In this document: piece by piece, positions 24,360 through 30,023 of the stretch
Numbering within the stretch: the stretch's first letter is position 1
Layout of the letters: each line of letters starts with the position of its first letter
From: Chthoniobacterales bacterium
GTDB taxonomy: Bacteria > Verrucomicrobiota > Verrucomicrobiia > Chthoniobacterales > UBA10450
DNA length: 30,023 nt
Reading direction: 5' to 3'
Assembly: GCA_050997075.1 (NCBI GenBank)
Contig: JBPCRH010000039.1
Location: 1 to 30,023, forward strand
Notes under the pieces: model-generated
Told to the model about the DNA's origin: nothing
What the model saw: only the letters and a program-made list of their open reading frames with translations
The model's database searches: none
Made by a program: the position numbers and the translations under genes

Positions 24360-25172
24360 TCAGGCGCGGGCGAGCGGCTTGCGAAAGCGCGCGACGATCT
24401 GGGTGGAAAGCCGGCGGCGCCACTCGTGCGGGAGGCGCGAGCTCAGGTTTTCGATCTGACCGACGACGGCCTGGGGCGTGGCCCGGAGGAGGAACCGGGT
24501 CTTCATGTGGCCGCTCGTGAGCGGATTGGTCATAAGATCGAAACGCTCGAGCTCGAGACCGGCACTCTGCGCAAGCGGCTCGATTTCCTCGGGATGAAGG
24601 AGGAAAATGTGGCCGTCGGAATCGGGCTTGAACTGCTGCGCTTCGTAAACCGTCGGGTCGGAACACTCGGAAAATTTCGGGAGATGATTGCGAAAATAGG
24701 CGCCGTTCGGCGTGGTCATGACGATGTAACCGCCGGGCCGGACAAGGGTGGCGATGCGGGTGAGGAACTCATCGGGATGCGCGGTGTGCTCGATCACCTC
24801 GGTGATGAGGGCGGCATCGAAGAGATGGGGCAGATCGATCGCAAAGGCATCGCCGGGCGCGTAGCGGATGGCGCCCTTCTCGTATTTTAACCGGACGTAA
24901 TCGGCGAGCTCGGCACGGAGATCGTTCCAAGTGACCTCGTAACCCATCTCTGCGAGGGTGAGCGAGAAATTTCCCTGGGCGGCGGCGACGTCGAGGACGC
25001 GGGTGCCGGGCGGGAGCACTTCGGTGAGGAGGCGCAGGGTTTCGCGCCGCCGTTTCTTGTAGGCGTAGGCGTAGCCGAGGTGGTGGAACGGGCCGTAGAC
25101 TTCCTCGAGATCGTAACTGTACGAGGCCTTCCAGGAGCCCGGCCAGTTATCGTCAAATGTGGGGCGCTTCAC
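24360..25172 (-). CDS. Class I SAM-dependent methyltransferase (UbiG/Methyltransf_23-like)
   Basis: VLDVAAAQGN, FDAALITEVIEH and LVRPGGYIVMTTPN motifs. Likely GTG start at 25172. Confidence 0.88.
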   Translation of the reverse strand: MKRPTFDDNWPGSWKASYSYDLEEVYGPFHHLGYAYAYKKRRRETLRLLTEVLPPGTRVLDVAAAQGNFSLTLAEMGYEVTWNDLRAELADYVRLKYEKGAIRYAPGDAFAIDLPHLFDAALITEVIEHTAHPDEFLTRIATLVRPGGYIVMTTPNGAYFRNHLPKFSECSDPTVYEAQQFKPDSDGHIFLLHPEEIEPLAQSAGLELERFDLMTNPLTSGHMKTRFLLRATPQAVVGQIENLSSRLPHEWRRRLSTQIVARFRKPLARA

Positions 25173-25452
25173 AAAAAGGCAGAGCCGAATGACCGGCCGC
25201 GAAAGAGGAACCACGTCCGGCGGCTGCGCCGGGGTGGGACAGGGCGGGAGATGGCCGCGGCTGTTCCGCTGTCCTCATCGCATGATATGTGCGCATTTAT
25301 TGTTCCGGGACTGTTTTTTTACTGAGCGGGAACTGTGCCTCCTGGAAATCATTCTACCGGCCCATTCCCGGGGCAGGTGGGCCCAATTCCTGCGAAGGTT
25401 ATTCCGTGGCTGCGATCTTCGCAGATGCAGCGAAAACCGGCTACGATAATTC

Positions 25453-26286
25453 TTGTCCTTCTCAATTCCCGACGTGGCTGAGCCCTTTTCCCTCTCGATT
25501 CTGATCCTGACCCGCGATGAAGAGCGGGATTTGCCACGCTGTCTGGCTGCGCTCAAGGATTTTAGCGTTGAGGTTGTTGTGATCGACTCCGGAAGCGCGG
25601 ACCAGACGGTGGAGATCGCGCGCACCGCCGGGGCAAGGGTCGTCACGCATCGGTTCGGTTCTTTTGGGGAACAGCGGAACTGGGCGCTCGACTCCGCCGG
25701 GCTGACCACGGATTGGGTGCTCTTCCTCGATGCCGATGAGGTGGCGACGCCGGCTTTCCGGGCGGCGGTGAAGGAAGCTTTGCGCTCAGCCGACGAGACG
25801 GTTGCAGGATTTTACTGCTGCTGGAAAACGATGCTCGGGGAGCGCTGGCTGCGCCGGAGCGATTCGTTTCCGAAGTGGCAGTTCCGGCTTTTGCGCCGCG
25901 GTCGTGCGCGGTTCATCGATAGCGGCCACGGGCAGAAAGAGGGCGAGATCGACGGGACGATCAGTTACATCCGGGAGCCGTATTTGCACTACGCCTTCAG
26001 CAAGGGCTGGGAAGCATGGTGGGCGAAGCACCAAAAATACGCTGGCCAGGAAGCGCACGATCGCTTGGCGCGCGGGGTGGCGTGGGGCGATTTACTGGCG
26101 CACAATCCCTCGCGAAGGAACCGCGCGCTCAAGCCGCTCGCGAGTCGACTGCCCGGATGGCCGCTCCTTCGTTTCCTGCACATGTACGTGCTCAAAGGCG
26201 GATTTCTCGAGGGGCGCGAAGCGTTCATCTACAGCCGGAACATCGCGCGCTATGAAGCGATGATCCGCGCGAAGATGAAGAGATGA
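25453..26286 (+). CDS. Glycosyltransferase family 2 (beta-1,4-glucosyltransferase-like, single GT-A domain)
   Basis: SILILTRDEE, VIDSGSADQT, QRNWAL and WVLFLDADE motifs. Start codon uncertain (TTG 25453 or GTG 25474-region). Confidence 0.9.
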   Translation: MSFSIPDVAEPFSLSILILTRDEERDLPRCLAALKDFSVEVVVIDSGSADQTVEIARTAGARVVTHRFGSFGEQRNWALDSAGLTTDWVLFLDADEVATPAFRAAVKEALRSADETVAGFYCCWKTMLGERWLRRSDSFPKWQFRLLRRGRARFIDSGHGQKEGEIDGTISYIREPYLHYAFSKGWEAWWAKHQKYAGQEAHDRLARGVAWGDLLAHNPSRRNRALKPLASRLPGWPLLRFLHMYVLKGGFLEGREAFIYSRNIARYEAMIRAKMKR

Positions 26287-26288
26287 GC

Positions 26289-26323
26289 TCCGCGAATCCG
26301 ACCACGGAACGTGGATTCGCGGA
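26289..26323. repeat. GC-rich hairpin between convergent genes, containing the family A REP core CCACGGAACGTGG; possible bidirectional terminator
   Basis: TCCGCGAATCC / GGATTCGCGGA 11-bp arms; the loop region matches 139-151. No U-tract. Confidence 0.6.
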
Positions 26324-26341
26324 CTAGGTCTGGCGTGCCCG

Positions 26342-27733
26342 CTAAAACTCGGCGCTGCCCGGGGTGCGCGCGAAAGGGATGACGTCCCGGATATTCGCCA
26401 CTCCGGTCACGAACATGAGCATGCGCTCGAAGCCCATTCCGAAGCCCGCATGCGGGACGGTGCCGTAGCGGCGCAGGTCGAGATACCATTTGTAATCGGC
26501 CGGATCCATTTGATGCCGGCGGATGTTTTCCTCGAGCACCTCGAGGCGCTCTTCACGCTGGCTGCCACCGACGATTTCGCCGATGCCCGGGACGAGCAGG
26601 TCCATCGCTGTCACCGTGCTCTCGTCGTCGTTCAGGCGCATGTAGAACGGCTTGATCTCCTTTGGGTAATCGAAAACCGTAACCGGACACTTGCAGTGTT
26701 TTTCGGTGAGCCAGCGCTCGTGTTCGGATTGGAGGTTGAGGCCGTAATCGACCGGGAACTCGAACTTCTCGCCGCTCGCGAGGAGGAGTTTTATTGCCTC
26801 TTCGTAGCTGATCCGCTGGAAGGGTCGCTCGACCACAAACTCGAGGCGCGCGAGCAGTTCCTTGTCGACGCATTTCGCGAAAAGCCCGAGGTCTTCCGCG
26901 CAGTTCTCGCGGATGTCGCGCACGAGGTATTTCACCATTTCCTCGGCGAGATCCATGTCGCCCGCGAGATCGCAAAAAGCCATCTCCGGCTCGATCATCC
27001 AGAACCCATTCGCGTGCCGGGACGTGTTCGAGTTCTCCGCGCGGAAAGTCGGACCAAAGGTGTAAACCTTCGAGAGCGCGCAGGCGAACGCCTCGGCCTC
27101 GAGCTGGCCGCTGACCGTGAGATAAGTGCGCCGCGCGAAAAAATCCTGCGCGTAATCGACGCCGCCGTCGTTAGGCAAAACCGGCGCGTTTTGCGGATCG
27201 AAGGTGGTGACGCGGAAGAGCTCGCCCGCGCCTTCGCAGTCGCTCCCGGTGATGATCGGCGTGTGCACGTAAACGAAGCCGCGTTCCTGGAAGAATTGGT
27301 GCACGGCGAATGCGAGCCGGCTGCGCACGCGGAAGACGCAACCGAACAAATTCGAGCGCGGCCGCAGGTGCGAGATCTCACGGAGAAACTCCGGCGTGTG
27401 TCCCTTTTTCTGGAGCGGATAGGTCTCGTCGGACGCGCCCACGATCTCAATTTCATCGGCGACCAGTTCCCAGCTCTGGCCTTTCCCTTGCGAGGCGACG
27501 AGCGGACCGCGCGCGCGAAGCGAGGCGCCGGTCGTCAGGCGCTGGACGGCGTCGTAGTTCAGCAAAGTATCGCGCGCGATGATCTGGAGATTGCGCAGGC
27601 AGGAGCCATCATTGAGCTCCACAAAAGAGAACTCCTTCGCGTCGCGCCGGGTGCGCACCCACCCCTGCACCGTGATCACATCTGCCGGGACCGTGCGCGC
27701 GAGGGCTTCTTTCACTGATGTCGCCGAGGCCAT
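26342..27733 (-). CDS. asnS: Asparagine--tRNA ligase
   Basis: [48 protein letters not shown] and [11 protein letters not shown] motifs. Confidence 0.98.
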   Translation of the reverse strand: MASATSVKEALARTVPADVITVQGWVRTRRDAKEFSFVELNDGSCLRNLQIIARDTLLNYDAVQRLTTGASLRARGPLVASQGKGQSWELVADEIEIVGASDETYPLQKKGHTPEFLREISHLRPRSNLFGCVFRVRSRLAFAVHQFFQERGFVYVHTPIITGSDCEGAGELFRVTTFDPQNAPVLPNDGGVDYAQDFFARRTYLTVSGQLEAEAFACALSKVYTFGPTFRAENSNTSRHANGFWMIEPEMAFCDLAGDMDLAEEMVKYLVRDIRENCAEDLGLFAKCVDKELLARLEFVVERPFQRISYEEAIKLLLASGEKFEFPVDYGLNLQSEHERWLTEKHCKCPVTVFDYPKEIKPFYMRLNDDESTVTAMDLLVPGIGEIVGGSQREERLEVLEENIRRHQMDPADYKWYLDLRRYGTVPHAGFGMGFERMLMFVTGVANIRDVIPFARTPGSAEF

Positions 27734-27804
27734 GACGAGAAACTCGCCGACGATCCAGTTCCGACAAGTAAAAGGCGAGCTCGTTAGGCACGGACGAAGG
27801 CCCG

Positions 27805-27907
27805 GTCATCCCGAGCGCAGGGCAGCGCAGTCGAGGAATCCCGGAGCAAGCTTTAAGGTTTCGCCACCGGATCCCTCGACTTTGCCTCCGGCTCCGCTCG
27901 GGATGAC
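27805..27907. repeat. Family E palindromic repeat, copy 3
   Basis: GTCATCCCGAGCG...GTCGAGGAATCC ... GGATCCCTCGAC...CGCTCGGGATGAC, intergenic upstream of asnS. Confidence 0.88.
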
Positions 27908-27979
27908 GGGTTTTGCCACCGGTTTCCCTTCGGACCGACTTCGGTTTTGATCGGGAGGACCGGCTCGCTCGACCGCTCG

Positions 27980-28381
27980 TTAGGCAGTTTCCCGCATCGG
28001 TTCATCGTCGCCGAGCATTTCGTCGACGCAGTTGATGAGGTCGGAAATCTGAAACGGCTTCGCGACGAAGGAGTAGCCGCTGAGATAGCCGACCGAGCCG
28101 ATGACGCCGTTCGCGGCGAGGCTGCTCACGAAGACAATCGGCACATCCTGAAGCGCGGGATCGTCGCGGAGCTGTTGCGCGACTTCGTGGCCGTCGAGCT
28201 CCGGCATCATCATGTCGAGCAGGATCAGGTCCGGGTGAAAATGCCGGGCGGCATGGAGCGCGCGCAGACTGCGGTTCTCTTCCTTGATCACATAGCGCCC
28301 GGTGGCGGCGAAGGCGGCGCGGACGAGCGCGGTCAGATGCGGTTCGTCGTCGATGATGAGGAGGCGGCGCGGGAAGAACAT
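27980..28381 (-). CDS. Single-domain response regulator (CheY-like receiver)
   Basis: LIIDDE, DLILLDMMMPELDG (phospho-acceptor Asp), FVSS and VAKPF motifs. Confidence 0.92.
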   Translation of the reverse strand: MFFPRRLLIIDDEPHLTALVRAAFAATGRYVIKEENRSLRALHAARHFHPDLILLDMMMPELDGHEVAQQLRDDPALQDVPIVFVSSLAANGVIGSVGYLSGYSFVAKPFQISDLINCVDEMLGDDEPMRETA

Positions 28382-28402
28382 AAGCGGCTTTCGGTTATGG
28401 TA

Positions 28403-28411
28403 ATTATAGCA
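28403..28411 (-). promoter_or_regulatory. Extended -10 sigma70-type promoter for the receiver gene
   Basis: Minus strand reads TGcTATAAT, ending 21 nt before ATG 28381. No consensus -35. Confidence 0.6.
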
Positions 28412-28490
28412 TCCGCTGTGCCACCCCTTCCGTTAGGCAAACCGCTCCTTTTTTATCCCTCCCGCTATGCTTAATTGCTCCCTTGCCCTT

Positions 28491-28829
28491 ATGCCGAACC
28501 CAGTGAAGAAAGCCGCCCCCCAGGCGAACTTCGAGCAAGCGATGTCGCGCCTCGAGGAGATCGTCGAGAAGATGGAGTCGGGCGACCTGACCCTGGAAGA
28601 TTTGATCGTGCGCTACGAGGAGGGCATGAAACTGGTGAAAGTCTGTCAGGAACGCCTCGCCTCGGCCGAAGAACGCATCGAGATGATCACCCGCAACAGC
28701 GCCGGCCAGCCGGTCGTGCAAAATTTTGAAACCGCCCCGGCCGCCGCGTCCGTCCCTGCGTTCGCGCCGCCGCCGGCACCCCAAGGAGAACCTAAAGATG
28801 TCGATGTCAGCCTCTTCTCAAACGCCTAA
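28491..28829 (+). CDS. xseB: Exodeoxyribonuclease VII small subunit
   Basis: FEQAMSRLEEIVEKMESGDLTLEDLIVRYEEGMKLVKVCQERLASAEERI. Start at ATG 28491. Confidence 0.95.
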   Translation: MPNPVKKAAPQANFEQAMSRLEEIVEKMESGDLTLEDLIVRYEEGMKLVKVCQERLASAEERIEMITRNSAGQPVVQNFETAPAAASVPAFAPPPAPQGEPKDVDVSLFSNA

Positions 28830-30023
28830 TGAAACCGGAAAACACCTGCTCGCGGGCATTCATTCGCCCGCCGACGTGAAGGCGCTCGCGGAAGACGATC
28901 TGCCCCAGCTCGCGCAGGAGGTGCGCGACGAATTGATCAACGTGCTCTCGCAGACCGGCGGGCATCTCGGGCCGAATCTCGGCGTGGTCGAGCTGACGAT
29001 CGCGCTTCATCGCGTGTTCACGACGCCGAAGGACAAGTTCGTTTTCGATGTCAGCCACCAGGGCTACGTCCACAAAATGTTCACCGGCCGGCTCGATCGC
29101 ATCCACACGATGCGGCAATACCAGGGCCTCAACGGCTTCCTCCTGCGCACCGAAAGCGAGCACGATTCCTACGGCGCCGGGCACGCCGGCACCGCCCTTT
29201 CCGCCGGTCTCGGTATGGCGGTCGGGCGCGATCTCATCGGCGCGGATGACAACGTCGTCGTCGTCGCGGGCGACGCCGCGCTCACTTGCGGCATCAGCTA
29301 CGAGGCGCTCAACAACGTCAAAGCGCAGACGAAAAAATTCATCGTCGTGCTCAACGACAACGAGTGGTCGATCGCGAAAAACGTCGGCGCGATCGCGGCT
29401 TACCTGAACAACATCGTGACCAACCCGACCTACGCGCACCTGCATGAAAAGGCCGGGCGTTTCATCAAGGCGGTGGCCGGCCGCGGGATCCTCCAACTCG
29501 CGCACAAGGTCGAGGAAGGCTTCAAAAACCTGCTCGTGCCGAGCGTCATTTTCGAGGAGCGCGGGCTCCGCTATTACGGCCCGATCGATGGCCACGATAT
29601 CCGGCTGCTCACGCGCACTTTTGAATTCCTGAAAACCCAGGACGAGCCCGTCCTCCTTCACATCCTCACGAAAAAAGGGAAGGGTTACGAGCCGGCGATC
29701 GCGAAGCCGGACAAGTTCCACGGGCTCGGCAAATTCGCCGCGGAAACGGGCGAGACCGTAGCCGGGACGACGCCGACCTACTCCGAAATTCTCGGGAAGA
29801 CGCTGGGGAAATTTGCCGACACGAATCGCAAGATCGTCGCCATCACCGGCGCGATGCCGAGCGGGACCGGCCTCGGCTTTTTCCAGCAAATGCACCCCGA
29901 TCGCTACTACGACGTCGGGATCGCCGAAGAACACGCCGCACTCTTCGCCTGCGGTCTCGCGACCCAGGGGCTGAAGCCGTTTCTCACCATCTACTCGACC
30001 TTCATGCAGCGCGCCTACGACAT
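28798..30023 (+). CDS. dxs: 1-deoxy-D-xylulose-5-phosphate synthase, 3' end beyond the window
   Basis: GGHLGPNLGVVELTIALH, DVSHQGYVHK, GHAGTALS, GDAALTCG...LNDN and DVGIAEEHA motifs. ATG 28798 (or 28804) follows AAGGAG and overlaps the xseB 3' end. Absent from the ORF track, presumably because no stop lies in the window. Confidence 0.98.
   Translation, partial: MSMSASSQTPNETGKHLLAGIHSPADVKALAEDDLPQLAQEVRDELINVLSQTGGHLGPNLGVVELTIALHRVFTTPKDKFVFDVSHQGYVHKMFTGRLDRIHTMRQYQGLNGFLLRTESEHDSYGAGHAGTALSAGLGMAVGRDLIGADDNVVVVAGDAALTCGISYEALNNVKAQTKKFIVVLNDNEWSIAKNVGAIAAYLNNIVTNPTYAHLHEKAGRFIKAVAGRGILQLAHKVEEGFKNLLVPSVIFEERGLRYYGPIDGHDIRLLTRTFEFLKTQDEPVLLHILTKKGKGYEPAIAKPDKFHGLGKFAAETGETVAGTTPTYSEILGKTLGKFADTNRKIVAITGAMPSGTGLGFFQQMHPDRYYDVGIAEEHAALFACGLATQGLKPFLTIYSTFMQRAYD

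Larger units (their letters stand above)
182..28438. repeat. Dispersed highly iterated motif (Y)CGTTAGGC, 22 exact 8-mer copies
   Basis: Manual scan. Plus-strand CGTTAGGC starts at 183, 2931, 8566, 11082, 11657, 13397, 14583, 18020, 21116, 22657, 22777, 23963, 27169, 27782, 27978, 28431. Reverse complement GCCTAACG starts at 2129, 8359, 15064, 15628, 16226, 16581. One-mismatch copies at 5641, 6595, 7833, 11133, 12922, 17030, 21360, 23268, 28824. Confidence 0.95.

Noticed and set aside
27779-27986. 12-bp direct repeat GCTCGTTAGGCA flanking the family E palindrome as a target-site duplication
   Set aside because: The repeats are not flush with the element ends, the same 12-mer also occurs at 13394, and it is explained by the abundant dispersed motif.
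183-28438. Integron attC array, since GTTAGGC/GCCTAAC match the GTTRRRY core and RYYYAAC inverse core and some genes end in GCC-TAA-C
   Set aside because: No inverse-core/core pairs at attC spacing with internal dyad symmetry (closest, 8359/8566, is ~200 bp apart and inside a CDS). Most copies are within genes, including asnS, and no integrase is present. The sequence match is real and worth remembering.
183-28438. Telomere-like TTAGGC repeat
   Set aside because: Copies are single and dispersed, never tandem, and the conserved unit extends 5' to TCG. The context is bacterial.
1-30023. CRISPR array, tRNA/rRNA genes, transposase or prophage genes
   Set aside because: No regularly spaced direct repeats of CRISPR size, no cloverleaf or rRNA-like segment and no such ORFs were seen.

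Overview
GC-rich bacterial chromosomal window, probably Verrucomicrobiota/Chthoniobacterales-like (inferred from gene and repeat style, not proven). The left end holds an MtfA-like peptidase, a lipoprotein, a DUF1697 protein, an ACT-domain protein and ribBA-ribH-nusB. The right end holds asnS, a lone receiver protein and xseB-dxs (dxs runs off the window). Between them (5.5-26.3 kb) is a ~21 kb cell-surface glycan synthesis/tailoring island: six glycosyltransferase genes, a GT-C-like membrane protein, three SAM methyltransferases, a radical SAM enzyme, an Fe(II)/2OG dioxygenase, a WcaF-like acetyltransferase and several pseudogene remnants. The strongest unexplained signal is a dispersed, non-palindromic motif (Y)CGTTAGGC. 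By manual count there are 22 exact CGTTAGGC copies (20 as TCGTTAGGC, about 0.2 expected for that 9-mer) plus at least 9 one-mismatch copies. They lie mostly inside coding sequences, in all six reading frames, using codons that are typically rare in GC-rich genomes, and they supply four stop codons. This looks like a DNA-level signal of the uptake-sequence/Chi/KOPS class with a sequence I do not recognise. Also notable: a palindromic repeat translated in frame inside a methyltransferase, several REP/REPIN families, a shared 'GW..RPDV..SGF' module on three different enzymes, and a premature TAG in ribBA.
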